Source: an uncultured Atribacterota bacterium (GTDB taxonomy: Bacteria > Atribacterota > Phoenicimicrobiia > Phoenicimicrobiales > Stramentimicrobiaceae). From it: a stretch of 64,000 nt of DNA. Under the pieces are notes generated by a model. That model had not been told where the DNA came from, did no database searches, and was given only the letters and a program-made list of their open reading frames with translations. The stretch is taken from assembly GCA_964433635.1 (NCBI GenBank), contig CAYSSG010000006.1:1022-65021 (forward strand). The letters run 5' to 3'. Positions 52,749-63,958 of the stretch are shown here, piece by piece. Every line of letters begins with the position of its first letter. Positions within the stretch are counted from its first letter, which is position 1. The translations under genes were made by a program, and so were the position numbers.

Positions 52749-53087
52749 ATGATGTTAAAAAATATCATTAATGAGTTAAAAAATACGGAGCATGAAGCTG
52801 AGAAAATGATTGAGGATGCCAAAATTACAGCACAGAAAATGATTAAGGAAGAAAAAGATGCCCACAAAAAATTAAAAAATAAAATCATTCATGACTGGAA
52901 CCAAAAAGGGCGAAAAATGGTGGAAGATAGAACGAAGAAAGCTCAGCAGCAAAGCCTGGAAATTCGTGAAAGCAGCGAGAAAGAAAGAGAAGGCATCAGG
53001 AAAAATCTAACCAAAAAATATGAACAGGCAGTCAAGATGATTTTGGATTATCTGGTGAGGGAAAATGGCGATATCTCAGATAAGTAA
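52749..53087 (+). CDS. V/A-type ATPase peripheral stalk subunit (G/H family)
   Basis: 112 aa, charged coiled coil. First gene of the operon, overlaps the subunit I start. Confidence 0.6.
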   Translation: MMLKNIINELKNTEHEAEKMIEDAKITAQKMIKEEKDAHKKLKNKIIHDWNQKGRKMVEDRTKKAQQQSLEIRESSEKEREGIRKNLTKKYEQAVKMILDYLVRENGDISDK

Positions 53088-55059
53088 ATTCCATATTTTT
53101 GCTCATTTATCTATCAAAGAATCTCTTTTGAAGGAACTACAGAAATTAGGTTGCGTTGAGATTATTGATATTGATAAAAAAACTTCATTTCATGATTGGA
53201 AGAGCATGGAGGAAGAAGGTGAGATCAATCTATCGGCTGAATTGAACAAGGTGAAATATTGTATTGATCTCCTGTCTGATTATAAAGTAGAAGATAAAAA
53301 GGGATTCCAATCATTCGTAGCTTCAAAAGAAATCCTGAATTATAACCAACTGGACGAAATGGCTCAACAGTTTAATTACGAAAAACTATACGGGCAGTGC
53401 AAGGAAGCAGATGGCGAGTTAAATAATCTCAAATTGCAGGAAAACCGATTAAAAGCGATCGAACAAGAGATTCAGGACTGGCGGGAATTAGAAATTGACT
53501 TGAGCCGGATGAATCAGACCACGTATGTGAGATATCTTTTGGGTTCAATCCCCAAGAATGAGCTGGAAAATTTAATCCGTGATACTGAACAGCAGAGCAA
53601 TATTACGATGATTCATCCCGTCAGGGAAGATAAAAACAGAATAAAGATTGTCGTGATTACTTTAAAAGAAAAAATTGAAGAGATAAACCATGTTGTTCAG
53701 AAATATCACTTTGAGCCCTATAAATACAGTCATTCTTTGACAGGCACTCCCAGGCAGATTCAGGAAGAAATATTGAAACAATTAAATGAAATCAAGAAAA
53801 GAAGATCAGAAATTGAAAAGAACTTGAAAATAATATCCAAGGATAATCATCAAGCGCTCTATCCGATATACGATTTCCTGTCCATCAAAAAGGAAAAGGA
53901 AGAGGCTAAGAAACATCTGAAGAAGAGTGAAAAAACTTTTGTTATCAAAGGATGGATACAAAAAAAAGATATTCCAAGATTACATAACAGATTAGAAAAC
54001 CAATTTACAGACTATGAAATTCATTTTAGCGCACCCCGGGAAGGTGAAAAGGTACCCGTTACTTTGGATAATCATAAGCTGGTAAAACCATTTGAAGTCA
54101 TTACTGAACTTTACAGTTTACCAAGCTACCATGAAATTGACCCTACGCCGACACTTTCCATTTTTTACTTTATCTTCTTCGGGCTCTGTCTTTCAGATGT
54201 AGGATACGGTGCCTCCATGGCTATTCTTTGTTATTTTGCCATTCATAAATTCAAACTGGAAGGTTATCCAAAAAAGTTTATCACATTACTTTATTATTGT
54301 GGTATTGCCGGAATACTGGGAGGAATACTGGTCGGTAGCTGGTTCGGCGATATTTTGGATTATCTGCCACCTGCTTTTAACAACATTAGGGATTTTCTCA
54401 TTCAAAAACTAGCTTTATTTGAACCTACGGATAACCCCATTCCTCTTTTAATCCTCAGTCTTACCCTGGGTGTGATACACGTTTTTATAGGGATCATTTT
54501 AAAATTCATAGACAATGCAAGAAATGGCAGGCTGGCTGACGGATTCATGGATCAGATATCCTGGTTACTCCTTCTAACCGGTCTGATCCTGGTTTTATTG
54601 AGTGGAATGCTGCAACCTGCGCTGGGAAAGTTTGCATGGTTCATCCTGCTTATTGGAGCTTTGACAATCATTTTAACGCAGGGCAGACATCAGAAAAATA
54701 TATTCATGAGAATTGGCAGCGGTTTTTTAGGTCTTTATAATATTACTGGATATTTTAGCGATGTTCTCTCTTACTCCAGATTATTTGCACTGGGCTTAGC
54801 TACAGGCATTATTGCCAAGATGTTTAATATGCTTGCCATGATGATAGATATACCTTATATAGGTTTTTTGCTGACTTTAATCATACTTTTTATAGGCCAT
54901 GTCTTTAATCTTTTGATTAGCGGATTAAGCGCTTTTATTCATGATGCCAGACTTCAATACGTTGAATTTTTTACCAAGTTTTATCAGGCTGGAGGGAATC
55001 CTTTTAGACCTTTCAGTCTAAAAACAACATATACCAAAGTTGAAGAAGATAAAAGATAA
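53065..55059 (+). CDS. ntpI: V/A-type ATPase subunit I (a subunit)
   Basis: 664 aa. Hydrophilic N-terminal half plus about 7-8 TM helices in the C-terminal half with a conserved Arg region. Confidence 0.85.
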   Translation: MAISQISKFHIFAHLSIKESLLKELQKLGCVEIIDIDKKTSFHDWKSMEEEGEINLSAELNKVKYCIDLLSDYKVEDKKGFQSFVASKEILNYNQLDEMAQQFNYEKLYGQCKEADGELNNLKLQENRLKAIEQEIQDWRELEIDLSRMNQTTYVRYLLGSIPKNELENLIRDTEQQSNITMIHPVREDKNRIKIVVITLKEKIEEINHVVQKYHFEPYKYSHSLTGTPRQIQEEILKQLNEIKKRRSEIEKNLKIISKDNHQALYPIYDFLSIKKEKEEAKKHLKKSEKTFVIKGWIQKKDIPRLHNRLENQFTDYEIHFSAPREGEKVPVTLDNHKLVKPFEVITELYSLPSYHEIDPTPTLSIFYFIFFGLCLSDVGYGASMAILCYFAIHKFKLEGYPKKFITLLYYCGIAGILGGILVGSWFGDILDYLPPAFNNIRDFLIQKLALFEPTDNPIPLLILSLTLGVIHVFIGIILKFIDNARNGRLADGFMDQISWLLLLTGLILVLLSGMLQPALGKFAWFILLIGALTIILTQGRHQKNIFMRIGSGFLGLYNITGYFSDVLSYSRLFALGLATGIIAKMFNMLAMMIDIPYIGFLLTLIILFIGHVFNLLISGLSAFIHDARLQYVEFFTKFYQAGGNPFRPFSLKTTYTKVEEDKR

Positions 55060-55095
55060 ATGAAACAGGATTTTTTATACTGGTAATGTAAATAA

Positions 55096-55611
<516 letters not shown>

Positions 55612-55632
55612 TCAGGAGGAGAATTTTTAACG

Positions 55633-56241
55633 ATGCCGATAAAAGATATAAAAGATAAAATTATGGAAGAATCGCTTGAAGAAAAAGACAGAATCATTAA
55701 TGCAGCCAAAGAAAACATCAAAAATATGATTAATCAGAGCCAAAGGGAAATGGATACTTTTAAAAAAGAGATATTAGTACAATATGAGCAGGAAGCAGAG
55801 CTGAGAGAAAAGAAGATTATTACTGAAGCCAGATTAGATGCCAGGAAAAGTATTTTATTTGAAAAACAGGCAATGATTGATGAAATATTTCAGGAAGCAA
55901 GTAAGAGAATTTTAGACTTGGACAATGAGAAATACTTGAAATTAATTGAAAAACTTATCCTTTCCAATGTGGAACAGGGTGATGAAACCATCTACACAGG
56001 CAGCCAGGATCGTAAAATCTTGAATCAGTCTTTTATTGACTCCATTAATCAAAAACTGAAATCGCAGGGCAAAAAAGGAGAATTAAAGCTGTCCGAAAAA
56101 CATCTCCCTATCAGGGGTGGGGTTATTCTCGGTACTGAGGAAATCAGGAAAAATGCTTCATTTGAGATGATCCTTGAAAGAATAAGAGAAGTTCTGGAAA
56201 CTAAACTGAGTCAATTTCTTTTTTATGAGAATGAGGAATAG
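55633..56241 (+). CDS. ntpE: V/A-type ATPase subunit E
   Basis: 202 aa coiled-coil stalk protein in the canonical position. Confidence 0.8.
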   Translation: MPIKDIKDKIMEESLEEKDRIINAAKENIKNMINQSQREMDTFKKEILVQYEQEAELREKKIITEARLDARKSILFEKQAMIDEIFQEASKRILDLDNEKYLKLIEKLILSNVEQGDETIYTGSQDRKILNQSFIDSINQKLKSQGKKGELKLSEKHLPIRGGVILGTEEIRKNASFEMILERIREVLETKLSQFLFYENEE

Positions 56242-57271
56242 GATGCTGAAATATATTAATGAGGGCACAAATACGCAGGAAGATTATGGGTATGCTTGCG
56301 CCCGAATCAGGGAACTGGAAAAAGGACTGTTAAATCAGGATATCATAAACAAAATGATCCAGTCATCAAGCTTGGAAAGTGCTTTCAAAATTTTAGCTGA
56401 AAGCAATCCCAATGAATATATGGTTGAAACTATAACGTCTTCAGTCATTGAAAAGTCGTTAGTCACAGTTCTGAAGAGAACAATCCACATGATCGATGAA
56501 ATAACACCCTATCCCTATTTATTTCACTTATTTAACTGGAAATATGATTTTCATAACCTTAAGGTACTGCTGAAAGCAAAATTACTGGCCAAAAAAGAAC
56601 CTTATCCTACCTATGATATCGGAAATATACATTTGAACGCCCTGACTGCTGCGGTATTTGAAGGAAAATATGTATTGGTTCCCATCAAAATTGAAAGATT
56701 TATCAGACAAGCAGAAGATGAATATTTGAAATCGGAAGATCTGGAACTGATGGAGATAGGATTAGATCAGGGATACTATGAAATTTTGTTTAATGATTTA
56801 GAAAATATTAATCAACCTTTTTTAGATTACTTCTATAAAACTGAAATTGATTTATTGAATATTAGTATTTCCTGCCGATGCAAAGTCAGAAATATAAGTA
56901 AGTCGAAATTATCAAATATATTAATCAAATATGGCCATTTTGCACCTCAAAAAATGATCAGCATCTACGAACATGCTATCCATTCCTGGCCAAATCATTT
57001 TCAAAAGACAGACTATTCCTCTCTCGTGGAAAGTGGAATTAAAGCCTGGTTGGAAGAAAAATCACTGGTAAAACTTGAACGGCTCAGTGATAACTTTCTT
57101 CTGGATCTGTTAAAGATTGGTAAATTCAACACTTTTGGCCTGGAAAGTGTTATCGGTTACTATTATGCAAAAGAAAATGACCTTAAGAATATTCGGATTA
57201 TATTCAATGGAAAAAGATTCATGTTATCCATTGAAAAGATTAGAGAAAAAGTAAGGGCAACTTATGTCTAA
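56225..57271 (+). CDS. ntpC: V/A-type ATPase subunit C (d)
   Basis: 348 aa, YGYACARIRELE N-terminus typical of subunit C. Confidence 0.8.
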   Translation: MRMRNRMLKYINEGTNTQEDYGYACARIRELEKGLLNQDIINKMIQSSSLESAFKILAESNPNEYMVETITSSVIEKSLVTVLKRTIHMIDEITPYPYLFHLFNWKYDFHNLKVLLKAKLLAKKEPYPTYDIGNIHLNALTAAVFEGKYVLVPIKIERFIRQAEDEYLKSEDLELMEIGLDQGYYEILFNDLENINQPFLDYFYKTEIDLLNISISCRCKVRNISKSKLSNILIKYGHFAPQKMISIYEHAIHSWPNHFQKTDYSSLVESGIKAWLEEKSLVKLERLSDNFLLDLLKIGKFNTFGLESVIGYYYAKENDLKNIRIIFNGKRFMLSIEKIREKVRATYV

Positions 57272-57587
57272 TATAGCACTTATTGGAGAGAGAAAAATCA
57301 TCATTGGTTTTAGTCTCCTTGGATTACAATTATTTCCTGCCGATAATCAGGAAGAAGCTGCAAAAGCACTGAGGGATTGCGCTCAGGGTAATATTAAAAT
57401 TGTATTTATAACCAATGAATTGGCTCAAAAAATAATCAATGATATCGAAGAATATCAAAAACATTCTACCATGGCGATTTGTATCCTTCCAGGCCGCATC
57501 GAAGAAACTGCACTCAGCATGCGCTTATTAAGAAAGAATATTGAAAAAGCCGTTGGTACAGATATTTTGTTTAGAAATGAGGGATAA
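57264..57587 (+). CDS. ntpF: V/A-type ATPase subunit F
   Basis: 107 aa, IALIGERKIIIGFSLLG N-terminus typical of subunit F. Confidence 0.8.
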   Translation: MSNIALIGERKIIIGFSLLGLQLFPADNQEEAAKALRDCAQGNIKIVFITNELAQKIINDIEEYQKHSTMAICILPGRIEETALSMRLLRKNIEKAVGTDILFRNEG

Positions 57588-57589
57588 GA

Positions 57590-59374
57590 ATGCATCAAAA
57601 TACAGGCAAGATTGTTAAAGTTTCAGGACCGGTAGTTATCGCGGATGGTTTAAGAGGGGCTAAAATGCATGACGTGGTAAAGGTCAGTGAAGAAAAACTG
57701 ATTGGCGAAATTATTGAATTAAATGAAGATAGAGCTACCATCCAAGTATACGAGGAGACCTCAGGCATTGGACCTGGAGAGCCCGTCTATACTACCGGTT
57801 TACCTCTAAGCGTTGAATTAGGCCCCGGTTTGATTCAATCAATCTATGACGGGATTCAAAGACCTCTGGATATCATCTTTAAAAATGAGGGGGCTTTCAT
57901 TACCAGAGGAGTAGAGGCTGAAAGTTTAAACAGGACAAAAAAATGGAATTTTAAACCGATGAAAAATAAGGGTGATGAAGTCAGCACGGGAGATAAGCTG
58001 GGCATTATTCAGGAAACCTCAATCATTTCACATTATACTATGGTTCCTGTTGGAATTCAGGGTATCATAGAAAGTATAAATGAAGGTAGTTTCACTGTTT
58101 CTGATACGATAGCCAGAATTAAGGATCAATCCGGGAAAATTCATGAGGTTCAATTAATGCATAAATGGCCTGTGAGAAAGATGCGTCCCTATCGGGAAAA
58201 GATATCTCCTGCAGAACCTTTAGTTACCGGACAAAGAGTTATTGATACCTTTTTTACTATTGCAAAAGGTGGAACAGCTTGTATACCAGGTCCTTTCGGC
58301 AGTGGAAAGACGGTCGTACAGCATCAACTTTCCAAGTGGTGTAACGCAGAGATTATTGTATTCATTGGTTGTGGGGAAAGAGGCAATGAGATGACAGATG
58401 TTCTCCTGGAATTCCCGGAATTGATTGACCCTAATTCTGGCAAACCATTAATGGAAAGAACCGTCTTGATTGCCAATACTTCCAATATGCCTGTTGCAGC
58501 CAGAGAGGCATCGGTTTATACCGGGATAACCATCGCAGAGTATTATCGGGATATGGGATACAATGTTGCACTGATGGCTGATTCTACTTCCAGGTGGGCA
58601 GAAGCAATGAGGGAAATTTCCGGCCGACTGGAAGAAATGCCCGGTGAAGAAGGGTATCCCGCCTATCTGGGAACCAGGATAGCCAGTTTCTATGAAAGAT
58701 CAGGCAGAGTTAAATGCTCATCTACCCAGGAGAGGGAAGCAACCATCAGTGTTATAGGTGCTGTATCCCCTCCCGGAGGGGATTTGTCTGAACCTGTTAC
58801 CCAAAATACCCTGCGAACTGTTCAGGTGTACTGGAGTTTGCAGGATAAGCTGGCTTACAAAAGACATTTTCCGGCTATTGATTGGTTAAAAAGCTATTCT
58901 CTCTATTTAGATCAATTAAGCGACTATTTTGAAAAAGAAGTCAGCAAAGATTTCATTCATATCAGAACCCAGGCAATGAGCATTCTTCAGGAAGAATCAG
59001 AATTAGAGGAAACAGTCCGCCTGGTTGGAATTGATGCCTTGTCAAAAATGGAACGTTTAGTATTAGAGACTGCACGTTCTATAAGAGAAGATTTTTTGCA
59101 TCAAAATGCCTTTGATGAGATTGATACCTACACCTCATTGAAAAAACAATTTTTAATGTTAGATTTAATTATCAACTTTCATCAACAGGCAAAAGTTGTG
59201 ATCGAAGAAGATGATGTCTCTATAGAAGAAATCAATCAATTACCTGTAAAAAATCAGATTATAAGATCTAAATTCATCGCAGAAGACCACCATGAAGAAT
59301 TCGAAAAAATCAAGGGTCAAGTAAAAGAACAGATTAAATCCCTGGCCTCCAAAAAAGCAGGAAAGGATGAATAA
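57590..59374 (+). CDS. ntpA: V/A-type ATPase catalytic subunit A
   Basis: 594 aa. Walker A GPFGSGKT, non-homologous insert region, GER and DSTSR motifs. Confidence 0.95.
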   Translation: MHQNTGKIVKVSGPVVIADGLRGAKMHDVVKVSEEKLIGEIIELNEDRATIQVYEETSGIGPGEPVYTTGLPLSVELGPGLIQSIYDGIQRPLDIIFKNEGAFITRGVEAESLNRTKKWNFKPMKNKGDEVSTGDKLGIIQETSIISHYTMVPVGIQGIIESINEGSFTVSDTIARIKDQSGKIHEVQLMHKWPVRKMRPYREKISPAEPLVTGQRVIDTFFTIAKGGTACIPGPFGSGKTVVQHQLSKWCNAEIIVFIGCGERGNEMTDVLLEFPELIDPNSGKPLMERTVLIANTSNMPVAAREASVYTGITIAEYYRDMGYNVALMADSTSRWAEAMREISGRLEEMPGEEGYPAYLGTRIASFYERSGRVKCSSTQEREATISVIGAVSPPGGDLSEPVTQNTLRTVQVYWSLQDKLAYKRHFPAIDWLKSYSLYLDQLSDYFEKEVSKDFIHIRTQAMSILQEESELEETVRLVGIDALSKMERLVLETARSIREDFLHQNAFDEIDTYTSLKKQFLMLDLIINFHQQAKVVIEEDDVSIEEINQLPVKNQIIRSKFIAEDHHEEFEKIKGQVKEQIKSLASKKAGKDE

Positions 59375-59376
59375 CC

Positions 59377-60801
59377 ATGATAAAAGAATATTCAACAATC
59401 ACAGAGGTAAACGGTCCATTAATCATTGTGAATAAAGTGACAGATGTCAAATATGATGAATTAGTGGAAATAGAGCTATCAGATGGTGAAAAGAGAAGAG
59501 GACAGGTATTGGAAATTTCTGAAGACAGGGCAATTGTACAGATGTTTGAGGGCACCTCAGGGATTGATATAGCTCATACTAAAGTACGTTTTTTAGGCAG
59601 GGTAATTGAAATTCCCGTATCCATGGATATGCTGGGCAGAATTTTTGATGGTTCGGGAAGACCAATTGATAAGGGACCAAAAATTATCGCTGAAAAAAGA
59701 CTGGATATTAATGGCAGCCCTTTAAATCCTTATGCCCGTGATTATCCCAACGATTTTATTCAAACCGGAATTTCCTCCATTGATGTTCTTAATACTTTAG
59801 TTAGAGGACAAAAGTTACCGATTTTTTCTGGTTCAGGCTTGCCGCATTCAAAGGTAGCTTCTCAGATAGCCCGACAAGCCAAAGTATTGGGAAAAGAAGA
59901 ATCTTTTTCAGTGGTGTTTGCAGCGATGGGCATTACTTTTGAAGAAGCCAATTTTTTCATTAATGATTTCAGAAGAACAGGCGCTATTGAAAAGAGCGTT
60001 ATGTTTATTAATTTAGCCAATGATCCGGCTGTGGAAAGAATTATTACTCCCCGAATGGCTCTTACTACCGCAGAATATCTGGCCTTTGAAAAGGATATGC
60101 ATGTACTGGTTATACTAACCGATATGACGAACTATTGCGAAGCATTAAGAGAAGTATCCGCTGCCCGGAAAGAGATACCGGGAAGAAGAGGATATCCGGG
60201 TTATCTCTATACCGATTTGGCAACCCTTTATGAAAGGGCAGGGCGCATAAAGGAGAAAAAAGGCTCAATCACGATGGTACCTATACTCAGTATGCCCGAA
60301 GATGACAAAACACATCCCATACCTGATTTAACCGGTTATATCACAGAGGGTCAGATTATTCTGGCTCGCGAATTGCATCTGAAGGGAATTTATCCACCCA
60401 TTAATGTTTTACCGTCTCTTTCACGTTTAAAGGATAAGGGAATTGGTCAGGATAAAACAAGGGAAGATCATGCCAATGTGATGAATCAGCTTTTTGCTTC
60501 CTATGCCCGGGGGAAAGAATCAAAGGAACTGGCTACCATCTTAGGTGAAGCAGCTCTAACGGAAGAAGATAAAAAATATGTTAAATTTTCAGACAGATTT
60601 GAGGAAATATTCGTCCAGCAGGGGGAAGATGAAAATCGTGATATCGAGAAAAGTCTGAGTATCGGATGGGAAACGCTGGCCATGTTACCTGTAAATGAAC
60701 TAAAACGTATCAAAGAAGAGTATATTAAAAAATATTTACCTAATTCTTTAAACAATGAAGAAGTTAAAAAAGAAGAAGATCAAGAAGCCGTTGCTTCCTA
60801 A
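59377..60801 (+). CDS. ntpB: V/A-type ATPase subunit B
   Basis: 474 aa. Degenerate P-loop (SGSGLPHS), strongly conserved B-subunit core. Confidence 0.95.
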   Translation: MIKEYSTITEVNGPLIIVNKVTDVKYDELVEIELSDGEKRRGQVLEISEDRAIVQMFEGTSGIDIAHTKVRFLGRVIEIPVSMDMLGRIFDGSGRPIDKGPKIIAEKRLDINGSPLNPYARDYPNDFIQTGISSIDVLNTLVRGQKLPIFSGSGLPHSKVASQIARQAKVLGKEESFSVVFAAMGITFEEANFFINDFRRTGAIEKSVMFINLANDPAVERIITPRMALTTAEYLAFEKDMHVLVILTDMTNYCEALREVSAARKEIPGRRGYPGYLYTDLATLYERAGRIKEKKGSITMVPILSMPEDDKTHPIPDLTGYITEGQIILARELHLKGIYPPINVLPSLSRLKDKGIGQDKTREDHANVMNQLFASYARGKESKELATILGEAALTEEDKKYVKFSDRFEEIFVQQGEDENRDIEKSLSIGWETLAMLPVNELKRIKEEYIKKYLPNSLNNEEVKKEEDQEAVAS

Positions 60802-60813
60802 GGAGTATGGATC

Positions 60814-61434
60814 ATGATATTGGCTGTTAACCCAAACCGGATGGAGCTGCTAAGACTAAAAAGAAGATTGGCGCTGGCAAGGCGTGGTTATAAGTTGTTA
60901 AAGGATAAACGAGATGCTCTCATTCAGAAATTTATCAAACTTGTTTATGAAAACAGAAACACAAGAGAGGATTTCGAAAAGAAAATGAGAGACTGTATGG
61001 ACAGCTTTCTTATTGCCAGTTTAGAGATGGGTGATACTGAATTAGATGCAGTCTTTTTATTTCCTCAAAGAGTAACAAAGGTAAAGGTGACCTATCAAAA
61101 TGTGATGAGTGTTCAGGTACCGCAGTATGAAATCATTGAAACAGGCAATCTATACACCTACGGAATGATCCATCCCAATCCGGAGTTAGATATTGCTTTA
61201 AAAAAATACCAGGAAATGATTCCTTTAATGATAAAGATGGCAGAATTGGATAAAGCGGTTGTTCTGCTCACCGAAGAAATTGAAAAAACCAGAAGAAGGG
61301 TTAATGCATTAGAGTATGTCATGATCCCCAACTTGGAAGATACGATCAAATTTATTACCATGAAACTGGATGAGATGGCACGCTCTAATAATTCAGCCCT
61401 CATGCGTATCAAAGAAGTGATACGTGGGGAATAA
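60814..61434 (+). CDS. ntpD: V/A-type ATPase subunit D (central stalk)
   Basis: 206 aa, LALARRGYKLLKDKRDAL N-terminus typical of subunit D. Confidence 0.9.
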   Translation: MILAVNPNRMELLRLKRRLALARRGYKLLKDKRDALIQKFIKLVYENRNTREDFEKKMRDCMDSFLIASLEMGDTELDAVFLFPQRVTKVKVTYQNVMSVQVPQYEIIETGNLYTYGMIHPNPELDIALKKYQEMIPLMIKMAELDKAVVLLTEEIEKTRRRVNALEYVMIPNLEDTIKFITMKLDEMARSNNSALMRIKEVIRGE

Positions 61435-61636
61435 ACAAGTTTTCGACATTAAAAATATTCAGAAAGCAAACCAGAATTTAAAAATGATATGACCTTCATA
61501 AGGATATTCTCTTTTTATACTAAAGAAGGGCAAAAGCCTATTTAATTTATTATTCTAATATCCTTCAGTCATCTTTTCTTGTCAACAGGAAAATTTGCCC
61601 GGAATCAGAAAATAATGATATGATATATAAAAAGCT

Positions 61637-61713
61637 GTGCCCGTGGCTTAACTGGACAAAGCAACGGCCTCCGGAGCCGTAGATTGGAGGTTCAAATCCT
61701 CTCGGGCACGCCA
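61637..61713 (+). tRNA. tRNA-Arg (anticodon CCG), CCA encoded
   Basis: Cloverleaf by hand: 7-bp acceptor GTGCCCG/CGGGCAC. D-arm GCTT..AAGC. Anticodon loop CT-CCG-GA (U33, anticodon CCG, G37). T-loop TTCAAAT. Discriminator G plus CCA. Confidence 0.85.
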
Positions 61714-61850
61714 TATTTATATCTGTTAAATAAATATGACTCTCAATCAAGTCCTATTATCTTAATATATTGATTGTAGTGATAAATAATCAATATACCA
61801 TGTTATGTACGGAATAGAAAATCCTAAATTATTCAAGCATGTGATGAAAT

Positions 61851-62465
61851 ATGTTTTATAAATTAGCACGATTGATAGGTTATATTATTATTCATCTTTT
61901 CTGGGCAATGAAAATAGAGGGGGAGAAAAATATGAACCTCAAAGGTCCTCTCATTTTAGCTGCCAATCATATCAGCTATTTAGATCCTATCGTTTTAGGA
62001 GTAGCATTTAAGCGAAAAATCCATTTTATTGGAAAAAGAGAAATATTTGAGGTTCCTTTTTTAGCTTTCATGGTCAGATCTCTCGATGTTATACCTGTGG
62101 ATAAGGAAAAGTTGAATCCTACTACAGTTAAAAAAAGCCTTTCAATATTGAAAAACGGCCATGTTTTGGGTATATTTCCTGAAGGTACCCGTTCTTCAAG
62201 CGGTGAGCTTTTAGAGCTCAACGCAGGACTGATTAGAATTGCCTTAAAGACCAATTCCCCCATCATGCCGGTAGGCATTAACGGAACTTTAGATATTTAT
62301 CCTCCTCATGCTAAAATTCCTGCATTCTGGAGGAGAAAAACGATTTATATTCACTTCGGCCAACCCCTTTATCTTGATAAGAACAGGGAAAAAGAGATAG
62401 AATATAAAAAAGAATCCCTGATAAAAATTCAAAATAAAATAAAGGAACTGACTCGTGTGATTTAA
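61851..62465 (+). CDS. plsC: 1-acyl-sn-glycerol-3-phosphate acyltransferase
   Basis: NHxxxxD motif (AANHISYLDP) and FPEGTRS motif. 204 aa. Confidence 0.85.
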   Translation: MFYKLARLIGYIIIHLFWAMKIEGEKNMNLKGPLILAANHISYLDPIVLGVAFKRKIHFIGKREIFEVPFLAFMVRSLDVIPVDKEKLNPTTVKKSLSILKNGHVLGIFPEGTRSSSGELLELNAGLIRIALKTNSPIMPVGINGTLDIYPPHAKIPAFWRRKTIYIHFGQPLYLDKNREKEIEYKKESLIKIQNKIKELTRVI

Positions 62466-62503
62466 AGAAATCTTACCTGAAAATAGAAGAGAGGTAAAGC
62501 TTT

Positions 62504-63958
62504 ATGAACTCTTCAAACAGACATCGTAACCATGTAAACATTCTTTTCTTGATGGTTGTATTTTTTATGATTATTCATTTCCAAAATGCGCTGGCTGTTG
62601 ATAGTGATTATGTACTTGAAATGACCTTTGGTGAATATGGAAACATGAAAGGGGAGTTTAACTATCCTGTTGGTATCACCCTGGATAAAAATAATAATAT
62701 CTATGTCACTGATTGGGAAAATGACCGGATTCAGGTCTTTAACACCAATGGAGATTTTTTACGCATGATTCCTGATGAGAAGAGTGATTTGCAGATAGAT
62801 GGTCCTGTAGGCATTGCACTGGATGAGGACAACAACATTTTTATTGTAGAACAGCATCATCATCGTTTGCATAAAATTTCAAATGATGGTCAATCACTTC
62901 AAATTTTTGGTCAGATGGGCACCCAGGAAGGAGAATTTAACAATCCCAGGGGAATTACCCTTGACAAAGAGGGGAATATCTATGTAGTAGATACAGACAA
63001 CAACAGGATCCAGATATTATCGAAAGAATTTGAAGTTCTAAATACTTTTGGCAGAGAAGGTCTGGGGGATGGAGAATTTTACTATCCCAGGGGAATTACC
63101 CTTGACAAAGAGGGGAATATCTATGTAGTAGATACTTTCCATCACCAGGTTCAGATATTTAACAAGTCAGGTCAATTTATCAGACGTTTAGGCAGCGCAG
63201 GGAGCGGTCCAGGTGAATTTAACGGTACGCGTTATATGGCCATTGATAAAGGCGGCAACATTTACGTGACCGATTATCGGAATGGTAAAGTTGTGCAATT
63301 TGACAGTGACTACCATTTTGTATCAGAATTTGGGGGTCAGGAAGCTGGAATTGCATTAAATTACCCAGAAGGTATAGCGGTTGATGATAGAGGCTATATT
63401 TACGTTGCCGATGCGGGGAATAACCGTATTGTTAAATATTGCATTTCCAAAATCATGATTAATAAAAAGTTGGGAATGGAATATATGGAAAGCCAGGAAT
63501 GGGATAGGGCAATACAATCTTTCAACAATGTGCTGGAAGAAGACTCGGGTGATTTTGAAACTAGGAAGGCAATGGCTATAGCTTATTTTGAAGATGGCCA
63601 ATTAGAAGAGGCAATCGATGAATATGCTTTGATTCTGGAAGAATATCCTGAAGATCAAAATATAAAATTAAAAGTAACCGAAATCCACTATCTGCTGGCC
63701 ACAGAATATGAAAAAAATGGCCGTTACAAAGAAGCATTACCTCACTATAAGACTGTTCTGGCAGAGCAACCGAATTATCCTGAAGCGAAAATGCAGTATT
63801 ACCTGACCTATTTAAAATACCTTTATCATTCAGCATTATTCAGGACAATCTTTGTAATTCTTCTAATTTTGGCTATTGTTCTGTTAGCTGCTCCAAAATT
63901 ATTACATAAACATTCCAAGAACGGTAAGCATTATCGGGGAAGAAGAAATAATTTTTAA
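62504..63958 (+). CDS. NHL-repeat (six-bladed beta-propeller) + TPR protein with N-terminal signal/anchor and C-terminal TM anchor
   Basis: Six repeats of the GEFNxPxGIxLDxxGNIYVxDxxNxRIQ type. TPR-like helices at 330-440. Hydrophobic segments at 14-32 and 447-465. Basic C-terminal tail. Confidence 0.75.
   Translation: MNSSNRHRNHVNILFLMVVFFMIIHFQNALAVDSDYVLEMTFGEYGNMKGEFNYPVGITLDKNNNIYVTDWENDRIQVFNTNGDFLRMIPDEKSDLQIDGPVGIALDEDNNIFIVEQHHHRLHKISNDGQSLQIFGQMGTQEGEFNNPRGITLDKEGNIYVVDTDNNRIQILSKEFEVLNTFGREGLGDGEFYYPRGITLDKEGNIYVVDTFHHQVQIFNKSGQFIRRLGSAGSGPGEFNGTRYMAIDKGGNIYVTDYRNGKVVQFDSDYHFVSEFGGQEAGIALNYPEGIAVDDRGYIYVADAGNNRIVKYCISKIMINKKLGMEYMESQEWDRAIQSFNNVLEEDSGDFETRKAMAIAYFEDGQLEEAIDEYALILEEYPEDQNIKLKVTEIHYLLATEYEKNGRYKEALPHYKTVLAEQPNYPEAKMQYYLTYLKYLYHSALFRTIFVILLILAIVLLAAPKLLHKHSKNGKHYRGRRNNF

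Noticed and set aside
61565-61750. 61-aa - strand ORF overlapping the tRNA-Arg gene.
   Set aside because: An antisense read-through of a tRNA gene. The tRNA cloverleaf is well supported.
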